Shown here piece by piece: positions 11,170 through 20,270 of a DNA stretch of 64,000 nucleotides. This DNA comes from Candidatus Multivoradales bacterium (lineage in GTDB: Bacteria > Acidobacteriota > Thermoanaerobaculia > Multivoradales > JAHEKO01), in NCBI GenBank assembly GCA_965248055.1, contig CBDFIJ010000004.1, positions 96,001 to 160,000 of the forward strand, read 5' to 3'. Both the position numbers and the translations under genes were made by a program. The number at the start of each line of letters is the position of its first letter. The first letter of the stretch is position 1. The notes under the pieces are model-generated. The model was not told the origin of the DNA and searched no databases. It was given only the letters and a program-made list of their open reading frames with translations.

Positions 11170-11589
11170 GTGCTGCAGGCAATTGTCGTCACCCAGGGCC
11201 GTCTAGCCCATGAGCTGCTCAATAGCGCCGAGCGGATCTTGGGCCAGCCGCTGCACGCGCGCTGCGTGTGCTTGGACTGGGAAGCCTCAGCAGCCCAAGA
11301 TCGCCAGGTGTTGAAAGAGGCATTGTCCGAGTACCCAGAGTCGGATCGATTTCTGCTCTTGACCGATATCCCAGGGGGCACTCCTCATCGGGTGGCCTCG
11401 GAACTGGCCGACCAACGGGTCGCTGTCGTTGCTGGGGTTAATCTGGCGATGGTGGTGCGTCTAGGCTGCTTGCCGGAGGTTGACTCGCGGTCGATCCAAG
11501 AAATCGCCTCTTGGATCGTTGAGAAAGGGCGCAAGGCGGTGATCGCCGGAGACTATAAATCCGCCCGCAAGGGAGGCGAGTGTCGATGA
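11170..11589 (+). CDS. PTS EIIA mannose-type domain protein, phospho-His replaced by Gln
   Basis: IVVTQG (normally THG), LTDIPGGTP, GVNLAMV; between rapZ and ptsH. Confidence 0.85.
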   Translation: MLQAIVVTQGRLAHELLNSAERILGQPLHARCVCLDWEASAAQDRQVLKEALSEYPESDRFLLLTDIPGGTPHRVASELADQRVAVVAGVNLAMVVRLGCLPEVDSRSIQEIASWIVEKGRKAVIAGDYKSARKGGECR

Positions 11590-11861
11590 TCGAACGCAAT
11601 TTGATCATCCGCAATGAACTCGGTTTGCACGCGCGCGCTGCCGCTAAATTAGTACACACGGCATCGCGCTATTCCTGCAAAGTGTTTTTGATTGATGGCG
11701 AAGATGAGATCAACGCTAAGAGCATCTTGGGCCTGTTGGCGTTGGGCGTCGAACCCGGAAGTGAAGTCACCATGCGCTGCGATGGCGATAGCGAGTTGGA
11801 AGCGATGGGCTCCTTAGAGGAGCTTTTCGCCGAGGGCTTTGGCGAGATCGGCGAAGGATGA
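11586..11861 (+). CDS. ptsH: Phosphocarrier HPr/NPr
   Basis: GLHARAAA (His15) and NAKSIL (Ser46). Confidence 0.95.
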   Translation: MIERNLIIRNELGLHARAAAKLVHTASRYSCKVFLIDGEDEINAKSILGLLALGVEPGSEVTMRCDGDSELEAMGSLEELFAEGFGEIGEG

Positions 11862-13636
11862 GCAAGTTGGCGCTTCAAGGGATCCCGGCAGCGGAAGGCG
11901 TCGCCAGCGGAACCGCTTGGTTATACCGAGCCCGAGGGGTGGACTTTGAGAGTACATCCAGCGACGCGCAAAATTTGCAGCCAGGATCGGGACCAAGCGC
12001 CGCATCGCTGGACAACGAAATGGCCCGCTTCGTCGACGCCAAGGGTGTGGTCAGCCGACAACTCGAGGAATTGACTTCTCAATTCGGCAGCGAACAACAA
12101 GACGTGGGCGAGATCTTCGGTGCGCAAGCCTTGATGCTCGAGGATCCAGGCCTGGGTGAATGTGTTTTGGAATTGGTCCAGGGTGGAGCCGGAGCCGAGG
12201 AGGCTGTGCGCCGCTGCGGCGAGCGCTTCGCCTGCCAACTGGAAAGAGCTCCGAGCTCCACCATCCGAGAGCGCGCGACCGACTGCCGCGAGGTCGCCGA
12301 TCGCATTCTGGGCGCTTTGGTGCATGAAACCACCGTCCAAGCCGAGCCCGATCTCGTCGGACGGGTGATTGTGGCCCGAGAACTACCGCCCGGTGAGGCT
12401 GTACGCATGCTGCGCGCTGGGGCAGTCGCGTTGGTCTTGGAACATGGGGGCACCACCTCGCACACCGCAATCGTCGCCCGCGCTCTGGGAGTCCCCGCAG
12501 TGGTCGGGATTCCAGATCCGCTGACCGCCATCGGCGCGGATTCCCCAATTGTGGTGGACGGTACTGAAGGCTGGGTGCGCGACACCGTCGGTTCGCAGCC
12601 AGCAATTTCTCCTGTCAGCAAGGTTGCCACAAGCGCACCCGCAGTATCCGGGCCTTGCACGACGGCGGACGGTGTGCGCATCCACTTGGCCGCCAATATC
12701 GAACTTCCTGAAGAACTAGAGCTGATGACGACGAATGGAGCCGAGGGTATTGGTCTCTACCGCAGTGAATTCCTGCTGATGGAAACCGACCCTGGCTTGC
12801 CAAGCGAGGAAAGCCAAATCGAGCGATACCAACAACTGCTGTGCAGCGCCGGTCGTTACGACGTTGTGATTCGCACCTACGATTTGGGAGGACGGAAACT
12901 GGCCCGTGAGGTGCTGGCGACCCAGGACGCTCATCCAAGTCTGGGCCTGCGCGGCATTCGCATTCTCAACCTGCGTCGCCACTTGTTCCACACCCAGGTA
13001 CGGGCTGCACTGCGAGCCTCTGCGGAGTTGACCTCGGCACAGCGCGGGCGCCTTCGATTTCTGTTACCCATGGTGTCGACGGTGGGGGAGGTCAAAGAGT
13101 TTCGCAACTTCCTGGCCGCCACTGTTGAGGAACTCGGCCTCAAGGAGACACCCGAGGTCGGCGCGATGATCGAAACTCCAGCGGCGGCGGCCACTAGTCA
13201 AGCACTGGGCGAGGCGGCGGACTTTTTGGCCATCGGCACCAACGACTTGGTCCAATATGCCACCGCAGCGGAGCGCGACAACGAGCACGTCGCCCATTTG
13301 TACCAGCCGTATCACCCGGGTGCCATGAAGTTAGTACAACTAGCCGTCGAAGGAGCGGAAAGGGCTGGGGTACAGATTTCCGTGTGCGGCGAGATCGCTT
13401 CGGAACCAAGGGGCCAAGTCGCGCTGATTGGCTTGGGCGTGCGCAGGCTGTCCATGCATCCGGCCAAGATTCCGCAGGCCAAAGGTTTGATTCAGAGCCT
13501 CAATTGCAGCAAACTGGACGCGGCTGCTAGCAACTGGTTGGGCAGCACCAGTAGCGAAGAAGTTGTGGCGATGCTGAGTCAAGAGACAGAGCGGGAAAAA
13601 GAGCAGCCGAGGGTACCTGGAGCGGGGGAGCCCTAG
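11858..13636 (+). CDS. ptsI: PEP-protein phosphotransferase (enzyme I)
   Basis: GGTTSHTAI, GIGLYRSE, LGLRGIR, MIETP, IGTNDLVQY, VCGE. Confidence 0.95.
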   Translation: MSKLALQGIPAAEGVASGTAWLYRARGVDFESTSSDAQNLQPGSGPSAASLDNEMARFVDAKGVVSRQLEELTSQFGSEQQDVGEIFGAQALMLEDPGLGECVLELVQGGAGAEEAVRRCGERFACQLERAPSSTIRERATDCREVADRILGALVHETTVQAEPDLVGRVIVARELPPGEAVRMLRAGAVALVLEHGGTTSHTAIVARALGVPAVVGIPDPLTAIGADSPIVVDGTEGWVRDTVGSQPAISPVSKVATSAPAVSGPCTTADGVRIHLAANIELPEELELMTTNGAEGIGLYRSEFLLMETDPGLPSEESQIERYQQLLCSAGRYDVVIRTYDLGGRKLAREVLATQDAHPSLGLRGIRILNLRRHLFHTQVRAALRASAELTSAQRGRLRFLLPMVSTVGEVKEFRNFLAATVEELGLKETPEVGAMIETPAAAATSQALGEAADFLAIGTNDLVQYATAAERDNEHVAHLYQPYHPGAMKLVQLAVEGAERAGVQISVCGEIASEPRGQVALIGLGVRRLSMHPAKIPQAKGLIQSLNCSKLDAAASNWLGSTSSEEVVAMLSQETEREKEQPRVPGAGEP

Positions 13637-13717
13637 GTCGAAGATCTCTAGGAATCCGGTTCACTAGCGGTGCAGCCCACTCGGCATCCTAGTTAAGAAG
13701 AAACGTACCTGGGTGGC

Positions 13718-14119
13718 ATGCACATCGGGCCCGCCGATGAGGAGTCAGTGATGCAGACAGAAGTGAAAACCATCGACAAGCCCTGGGGCTACGAGTTGAT
13801 CTACGCCCAGACCGATCGTTATGTCGGCAAGATTCTTCACGTCAACGCCGGAGAGGCCCTGAGCCTGCAATACCACGAGCAAAAAGATGAAACTCTCTAT
13901 CTGCTGTCCGGTAGCTATTTGTTTGTCGTCGACGAGGGAGGGGAATTGGTCGAACGGATGATGAACCCGGGAGATGCCTATCGGATCACACCTGGAACGC
14001 GCCACCGGATGACCGCTGGCCCCGAGGGTTGCGACATCTTGGAAGTCTCGACTTCAGAGCTAGACGACGTGGTACGCCTAGAAGATCGTTATGGTCGAAC
14101 CTCTGAAGACGGATGCTAA
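13718..14119 (+). CDS. Cupin domain protein (mannose-6-phosphate isomerase-like); start may be 13751
   Basis: KPWG, LSLQYH, ILEVST...DDVVRLED. Confidence 0.85.
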   Translation: MHIGPADEESVMQTEVKTIDKPWGYELIYAQTDRYVGKILHVNAGEALSLQYHEQKDETLYLLSGSYLFVVDEGGELVERMMNPGDAYRITPGTRHRMTAGPEGCDILEVSTSELDDVVRLEDRYGRTSEDGC

Positions 14120-14183
14120 CTGTTATGTTCTGCCAAGGAATATCCCGCTGAGCACAGTTCAACTCAGGAAAGTGCTGCTACCG

Positions 14184-15128
14184 ATGGCACTGCCAAGAAT
14201 TGCGCGCTTCGGACTGGGTGTCTCTTTGCTAAGCGGGATAGTTGCTTGCGCACCACCCCTGCAGACCCTGAACCCGGTAACCCTACAACCGGACGCCCGG
14301 CGGACCGCTGGCTCCGACGGATTGACCGAAGCGCTGCCAATAGCGGAGTCGACAAAACCGAATCTAGCTGTGGACTCTGTAGCTACAGACCTAGCCGACC
14401 CAAGTGAGCCGGCAACCGCAGAACAGCCTGCTGTGAGTGACACCTCTATTGAAGTGGTGCCTCCGAAGACTCAAGTCATCTCTGGCGAATCCGACCAGGA
14501 AAGGCCGAGCCTGGTCGAGGTTGCTCGTCAAGAACAATTGCGCAGAGATACCAGCCCTAGTTCGCGTCTACGCATCGACGACAAGAATCTCAAGCGGCAC
14601 GCAACCGCCAATATGACCTCTGCCTTCCCGGACTCTAAAGTTGGGACTGAGTCTGGCGCTCAAGCGGCTGCGGAGATCTCGGAAAGCGATGATTCGGCAC
14701 AGCAAGAGGCGGCAGTCGAGTCCGAACGATACTGGCGTGCGCTGGTACGGGAGCTGCGTTACGACTGGCAGGATCTAGTCTTTGAAGAAGAAAACCTTGA
14801 GCAGGAGGTCGAACGCCTGCGCAAGGAATACTACCAAGAGGATGACCCCTATTATCGAGACGGTGAGATCAAGCCGGAGTGGGACGCCAGTTGGCAGTCA
14901 CTACAAGCCACCACACTGGCAATCCAAGAGGCGATCAACAAGCTAGACCGAGCGATTGAAGAAGGTCGACGCGCCGGAGCTCTGCCCGGCTGGTTGCGCG
15001 AAGGAGTCGAGTTGGAACCGATCGACTCTTCGACTGAGTCGCGGAACTACGACACCGGGAATCAATTCGGCGCCGCCGACGCAGTGGAACCGAATGAAGC
15101 GTCCGAAGCGGTGGAGATCGAGCCGTGA
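14184..15128 (+). CDS. Hypothetical lipoprotein with coiled-coil C-terminal region
   Basis: Lipobox-like IVAC after a hydrophobic stretch; SLVEVAR and RRAGALPGWLR motifs. Confidence 0.65.
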   Translation: MALPRIARFGLGVSLLSGIVACAPPLQTLNPVTLQPDARRTAGSDGLTEALPIAESTKPNLAVDSVATDLADPSEPATAEQPAVSDTSIEVVPPKTQVISGESDQERPSLVEVARQEQLRRDTSPSSRLRIDDKNLKRHATANMTSAFPDSKVGTESGAQAAAEISESDDSAQQEAAVESERYWRALVRELRYDWQDLVFEEENLEQEVERLRKEYYQEDDPYYRDGEIKPEWDASWQSLQATTLAIQEAINKLDRAIEEGRRAGALPGWLREGVELEPIDSSTESRNYDTGNQFGAADAVEPNEASEAVEIEP

Positions 15129-16498
15129 GCGCGACCAATCGCTACTACATCGAAACCTGGGGCTGCCAGATGAACGAGTTGGACAGCCAGCGGATGCGTG
15201 GCCAACTGGAACGTCAGGGGATCCTTCCGACCGACAAGCCCGAGGATGCCGATGTCATCTTGCTCAATTCTTGCTCGGTACGCGAAAAGGCGGAGCACAA
15301 GGTCTATTCGCGACTGGGGGTTTTTCGTCAGTACAAGGACCAGCGGCCTGGGATGCGCATTGGCCTGTGCGGTTGCGTCGCTGAGCAAGAAGCTGAGCGC
15401 GCCTTGAAACGGATGCCCGACCTGGACTTCGTCCTGGGTACCGGGCGCATTGGCGAACTGACCGACGTGTTGCTGTCTGCATCCAAGGGTAGGCGCAGGG
15501 CGGTGATCGGATTTCCGGAACACTCTGACTATGACCTAGACACGATTTCCCGCGACGGGACGTTCAAGGGCATGGTCACCCTGATCGAAGGTTGCGACAA
15601 GAAGTGTACGTTTTGTGTGGTCCCCACCACCCGCGGTGGTGAACGCTGTCGATCGATGTCTCTGGTGCTGCAAGAGGTCCGTGGGTTGGTGGAGAAGGGC
15701 TTTATCGAGATCGAGCTTCTCGGTCAGACCGTCAATCACTGGCGCGACCCAGAATCCGACGCCGATTTTGCCGACATGCTGCACGCGGTGGCCGAGATCG
15801 AAGGTGTCGAGCGACTGCGCTTCGTCACCTCTTATCCGCGCGACTTCACCCGGAGAATGGTCGAGGCTTTCGCCAGTCACCCCAATATTTCACCCTACTT
15901 GCACCTCCCGGTGCAATCTGGATCGAACCAAGTCTTGCACTGGATGGGACGCGGATACACGGTTGAAGAATATCTAGATCTGGTAAGCCTGATCCGCGAA
16001 CTGCGCCCAGAGACCGCGTTGTCCACCGACATCATCGTCGGCTTTCCCGGCGAAACCGACGACGATTTTCAAAAGACTCTCGGCCTGATCGAACAATTGC
16101 GTTTCGCGTCGTTCTTCGCTTTCTGCTATTCGCCGCGGCCCCACACCGCGGCGCCTAAGCTGCCTCTCGACGAAGTGCCCGAAGCGGTGGCCAAAGAGCG
16201 CCTGCACATTCTCCTCAATGTCCAAGAGGGAATCCAAAGAGAGCTCAACCAAGCCCTGATCGGCGAACGTTTTCAGGTCTTGGTCACCGGACCGGGCCGC
16301 GATCAAGGCACCCTGGTGGGCCGTACCCCCTGCCATCGACAGATCCATTTCGAGGGTTCGATCTACCGGACCCCTCCCGGTCGTCTGGTGGATGTTGAAG
16401 TGCAACGGGCGCACCCCCACAGCTTGGGCGGCCGACCGATCGCAGTTCCACCGACCACGCAGCCCAAGCAATCTTTTGCGCAAGGGGCACGAGCGTGA
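15125..16498 (+). CDS. miaB: tRNA-i6A37 methylthiotransferase
   Basis: TWGCQMN, NSCSVREKAE, radical SAM CDKKCTFC, HLPVQSGS, TDIIVGFPGET, TRAM domain. Confidence 0.96.
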   Translation: MSATNRYYIETWGCQMNELDSQRMRGQLERQGILPTDKPEDADVILLNSCSVREKAEHKVYSRLGVFRQYKDQRPGMRIGLCGCVAEQEAERALKRMPDLDFVLGTGRIGELTDVLLSASKGRRRAVIGFPEHSDYDLDTISRDGTFKGMVTLIEGCDKKCTFCVVPTTRGGERCRSMSLVLQEVRGLVEKGFIEIELLGQTVNHWRDPESDADFADMLHAVAEIEGVERLRFVTSYPRDFTRRMVEAFASHPNISPYLHLPVQSGSNQVLHWMGRGYTVEEYLDLVSLIRELRPETALSTDIIVGFPGETDDDFQKTLGLIEQLRFASFFAFCYSPRPHTAAPKLPLDEVPEAVAKERLHILLNVQEGIQRELNQALIGERFQVLVTGPGRDQGTLVGRTPCHRQIHFEGSIYRTPPGRLVDVEVQRAHPHSLGGRPIAVPPTTQPKQSFAQGARA

Positions 16499-16986
16499 GC
16501 GAGCGCAGTTACGTCGGCATGTCGGTCAAGGGGTTGATCGTCGATCCATCCTCCGACTCGCCGGTGGTGATATTGGAGGACGAGAAGCACGAGGTCTTCC
16601 TGCCGATTTGGATTGGCAACTACGAGGCCAGCGCCATCGCTCTGCGCATCGAAGGAATCGAGCCACCGCGACCGATGACCCATGACCTGCTGGCTCAAGT
16701 GGTTCGAGACGGGCGCATGCGGCTGCAGGAAGCCAGGGTCTCCTCGTTGCGCGACGGAACCTTCTACGCTGAGCTGGAGTTCGATTTGGATGACCAATCG
16801 TTGGTTTTGGACGCACGCCCCAGCGACGCCATCGCTCTTGCCTTGCGGATGCAGTGCCCGATCAAGGTCGCCGCGGACGTGCTCGAAGAGGCGAAAGCAG
16901 TACGTCTGGCTACCACCGACGAGGAACGGGTCAAAGAGTGGCTGGAAAATGCCAAGCCTGAAGAGTTTGGCGAGTTTGAGATGTAA
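16495..16986 (+). CDS. Bifunctional nuclease family (DUF151) protein
   Basis: LPIWIG, RPMTHDL, DARPSDAIALA. Confidence 0.92.
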   Translation: MSERSYVGMSVKGLIVDPSSDSPVVILEDEKHEVFLPIWIGNYEASAIALRIEGIEPPRPMTHDLLAQVVRDGRMRLQEARVSSLRDGTFYAELEFDLDDQSLVLDARPSDAIALALRMQCPIKVAADVLEEAKAVRLATTDEERVKEWLENAKPEEFGEFEM

Positions 16987-17065
16987 CCGCTGCCGCTAGC
17001 AGTGCAAATTATCAAGGTCCGATAGTGAGCATCGTGGCCAGCCGAGAAGACCAGATCCATATCGA

Positions 17066-17083
17066 TTGTCGGCGCGCCGACAA
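17066..17083. promoter_or_regulatory. Perfect 18-bp palindrome TTGTCGGCGCGCCGACAA, candidate parS-like site
   Basis: Loopless palindrome in intergenic DNA; 16-bp core has the TGT...ACA format of parS; parAB lies 3.2 kb downstream. Confidence 0.5.
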
Positions 17084-17518
17084 GGGGGTCCGGGAAATGG
17101 AACGAAAACGTACGCTAAGAGCCAGTGAGAGGCTTTGTTCCGATACCCGTTAGCGGCTGCCTACGCCAAGGGAAACCGGTCCTTTGAGGGTAGCCAAAAA
17201 CCTCTGTCACCCTGTGGCCTAGAGAGCCAGCATATCCGGGTGTCCAAGTTGCTCACAAACGGGTGGCTGAAACCTATAACTTTTGGCCAGGTGTGCATCG
17301 AGCAACGGCGGCGCAGGCCGCGGACTAACCGGCCCCCTAGCTTCGGGTGGGCTTGCGCGTGTCCGACGGAGGTCATTGGAGCTCGGCTCGTCGTTTACAG
17401 TAATTTCCACACCGTTGCGGCTCAAGCCTCAAACCTAGGGGTCCGGCGGCGAGGAGGCCAGCGAGATTGCCCCCGGTCGTTCATCCAAGGTTCAGACACC
17501 GAGTGTTCTTGTTGAATC

Positions 17519-18340
17519 ATGATCGAGCGCAAGAGATTCCTACTACTTTGGATCGCAGCCATCTTGGCCTTTGGCTGGCGCTTGTCGTCACCGTGGCGGC
17601 AACAGTCCGCTGTCTTGGCGGGCGATCTGTCAGAGCTGGACCATACAATGTTCGTGACCCTGGGCGTGATGGGGCTCGGTTTCATTGCTTGTGGCCTGAT
17701 CGCTCATCATTGGGCAGGTACGAGAGCGAGCTGGCTCTTCGCCCTCTACGCCGTATTCGCGGGTCTCCACTGGGGTGGGCCGCTTGGTGTCTCTACCAAC
17801 GCCTGGATTGTGTATCTGTTCATGAGTGGCTTCCTCAGCGAGGCTTTGTTGCTTCACTTCACGCTGGTTTTTCCGCAGCCGCTGCGGCCGCACTTGCCCC
17901 GCTGGATGCCTATCTTGCTCTACGGTCCGGTTGCGGTGTCAGGTCTAGTGGCGGCGACGATCGTCGCCCTGACGCCTCATATGCCGGTTGCGCAAGCGCT
18001 GACACAGGTCTTCTTGGGTCTCCACGCGACGGTTCCCAACCTCTTCGCTGTCTTGACGATTGTCGTCGTTGGAATTCGCTTCGCGCGCGCGATACCAGCC
18101 GAACGCCGCGCAGACGGGCTGACCTTCCTCTTGCTCGGCATGGTGTTCGGAGTCGGTCCTTACCTGGGAGTTTTGACCGCCGGGGCGACGGGAGTCGAGC
18201 TTCCCGGCGGGCCCCAGCCTTACAACCTGTTCTTTATTCTGATCCCGATCGGCTTCTGCGCTGCGATCCTCCGCCACCGCGCGTCTTCTCTCCAGAAGGC
18301 CGCAACGCAAATAGGCACAGCACTGCACAGCACGTTGTAG
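17519..18340 (+). CDS. Multi-pass membrane protein (about 7-8 TM), putative accessory sensor
   Basis: Alternating hydrophobic segments, LLHFTLVFP and YNLFFILIPIGFCAAIL; 19 bp upstream of the response regulator. Confidence 0.75.
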   Translation: MIERKRFLLLWIAAILAFGWRLSSPWRQQSAVLAGDLSELDHTMFVTLGVMGLGFIACGLIAHHWAGTRASWLFALYAVFAGLHWGGPLGVSTNAWIVYLFMSGFLSEALLLHFTLVFPQPLRPHLPRWMPILLYGPVAVSGLVAATIVALTPHMPVAQALTQVFLGLHATVPNLFAVLTIVVVGIRFARAIPAERRADGLTFLLLGMVFGVGPYLGVLTAGATGVELPGGPQPYNLFFILIPIGFCAAILRHRASSLQKAATQIGTALHSTL

Positions 18341-18359
18341 GATCTGCACGGAGCGAGGA

Positions 18360-19022
18360 ATGCGAGTGTTGGTGGTAGAGGATGAGCCCGAGTTGGCCAA
18401 ACAGCTGGCCGATCAGCTTTCCGCGGAAGGATACGCAGTGGATCTGGTTGCGGACGGAGCGGAAGCTCGGCACCTTGGGGCAACCGAGCCGTACGATGTC
18501 ATCGTCCTCGATCTCGGCCTGCCTTCGCTCGACGGCCTGTGCGTGCTGGAGAGCTGGCGGAGCGCGGGCCTCTCGACCCCTGTGCTGATCCTGACCGCTC
18601 GTGGGCGCTGGCATGAACGCGTGGCCGGCATAGACGCCGGCGCCGATGACTATCTTCCCAAGCCGTTCCGCATGGAGGAGCTCTCCGCCCGGGTCCGAGC
18701 ATTACTGCGGCGCGCCGGCGGCTCAGGCTCGGCTGAGCTGTGTTACGGAGGAGTTACTCTCGACACGCGCTCTCTCAAGGTCCGGCTCGACGGTGACCCG
18801 GTTCAGATGACATCGCACGAGCTGAGGGTCCTCCGATACCTCCTTCACAATGCTGGTCGCACCATCTCTCAAGCAGAGCTCATCGAGCACATCTATGCCC
18901 AGGATTTCGATCGGGACTCGAACACCATCGAAGTGTTCGTCGCTCGGATACGCAGAAAACTGGGAGCGGATCTGATTCGAACCGTGCGCGGTCTCGGCTA
19001 CCAGATCCCCGCCGACCGATGA
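18360..19022 (+). CDS. OmpR/PhoP-family response regulator
   Basis: VLVVEDE, LDLGLP, LILTAR, GADDYLPKPF, winged helix SNTIEVFVARIRRKL...TVRGLGY. Confidence 0.95.
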   Translation: MRVLVVEDEPELAKQLADQLSAEGYAVDLVADGAEARHLGATEPYDVIVLDLGLPSLDGLCVLESWRSAGLSTPVLILTARGRWHERVAGIDAGADDYLPKPFRMEELSARVRALLRRAGGSGSAELCYGGVTLDTRSLKVRLDGDPVQMTSHELRVLRYLLHNAGRTISQAELIEHIYAQDFDRDSNTIEVFVARIRRKLGADLIRTVRGLGYQIPADR

Positions 19023-19975
19023 AGCGCGCTTCGCTGCGGGCCGCAATCCTCATCGGCGGGCTCCTCTGGGCAGCGGGGGCTGTGCTGTTGGCGGCGGCGG
19101 GCTACCTTCCCGGTGGCGGCGCCTGGATCGCTGTGGTTTGCAGCCTCGCCATCGTCCTGATGGTAGCGGGCGTGCTCACCGTGGTCGTCGGCTTCCTGCC
19201 ACTCGGTCGCCTGAGTCGGCGTCTCGTCTCAGTTCGGAAAGGCGCATCAGACCGTCTCGACGGTAGCTATCCGAAGGAGGTACAACCTCTGATCGACGAC
19301 CTCAACGACCTCCTGCGACGCAATCAGGAGGCGCTCGAGCGCTCGCGCCTCGAAGCCGACAACCTCGCCCACGGTCTCAAGACGCCGCTGGCAATCCTCG
19401 GCAATGAGCTCCAGCGTCTGGCAGCCGAGGGGGAGATCTCAACCGGGGACATGCGCCAACAGGTAGAGGCAATGACCGCGCAGGTCGAGCTTCACCTTGG
19501 CCGGGCTCGAGCCGCCGCCGCTCACCTTGCCCATCCTCCGGAGTCGACTTGCGAAGTCCTTCCGTCGGTCGAACGATTGAACCGCACCATGCGCAAGCTT
19601 CACCAAGAGAAGGCCCTGAAGATCGAAGTCGACGTCACGCCGGAACTCACCTTCTGCGGCGATCGTGAAGATCTTGAGGAGGTGCTGGGCAACCTTCTAG
19701 ATAATGCGTGCAAGTGGGCTCGAAGTAAGGTGGTGATCGGGGCCCAGACTTCGGGAGACCGGGTTACGCTCACGGTGGAAGACGATGGGCCCGGGCTCTC
19801 TGAGCTAAAGCGCACTGTCCTGGCGCGGGGCCACCTCCTCGGCGACCCGAGACCTGGCGGCGGTATCGGCCTGAAGCTGGTCCAGAACGTGGTCCGGCTC
19901 TATGGCGGCAAGGTGGCTTTCAAGGAGTCCCGGTTTGGCGGTTTGCGAGTTGTTCTGGAGCTGCCAAGCGGTTAG
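19019..19975 (+). CDS. Sensor histidine kinase lacking an extracytoplasmic domain
   Basis: Two TM helices with a very short loop, HAMP-like linker, H-box AHGLKTPL, NLLDNACKW, DDGPG, GGGIGL. Confidence 0.92.
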   Translation: MKRASLRAAILIGGLLWAAGAVLLAAAGYLPGGGAWIAVVCSLAIVLMVAGVLTVVVGFLPLGRLSRRLVSVRKGASDRLDGSYPKEVQPLIDDLNDLLRRNQEALERSRLEADNLAHGLKTPLAILGNELQRLAAEGEISTGDMRQQVEAMTAQVELHLGRARAAAAHLAHPPESTCEVLPSVERLNRTMRKLHQEKALKIEVDVTPELTFCGDREDLEEVLGNLLDNACKWARSKVVIGAQTSGDRVTLTVEDDGPGLSELKRTVLARGHLLGDPRPGGGIGLKLVQNVVRLYGGKVAFKESRFGGLRVVLELPSG

Positions 19976-20167
19976 GTCGACCGCTCGTTTGAAGCTGCGG
20001 GACTGCAAAAAGGTGATCTGATCGTCGCGATCGATGGGACTCCGGTGTATGAACCCGCGTGTCGGGATCCCAGCGGCGAGCTGGCGGGGCTGCCCAAAGT
20101 GCTGCCTTACCTTCCTGAGGGACTCCAAGCGGAAGCGGTCATCAAGACTGAGATTCTCATCCCGTGA
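19976..20167 (+). pseudogene. PDZ-domain fragment without a start codon
   Basis: Frame after the kinase TAG reads VDRSFEAAGLQKGDLIVAIDGTPV, matching the PDZ signature AGLxxGDxIxxIDG. Confidence 0.55.
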
Positions 20168-20270
20168 GACAGGGGGCCGAACAGCACCAGTTCCTGGTCA
20201 GTTCTTGATTATCGATTCGCATTGGCAAACCAAGGGTTTGGGCTAAACTCTACGCAGCCGACTCGAGCCC

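Noticed and set aside
17100-17460. c-di-GMP riboswitch or other known ncRNA in the spacer after the nuclease gene
   Set aside because: Some stems and a GAAA loop are present, but family-defining motifs and a terminator are missing.
17467-18378. 303-aa alternative-frame ORF over the membrane protein, and similar shadow ORFs throughout
   Set aside because: Arg/Pro-rich composition typical of off-frame reading in GC-rich DNA, overlapping better-supported genes.
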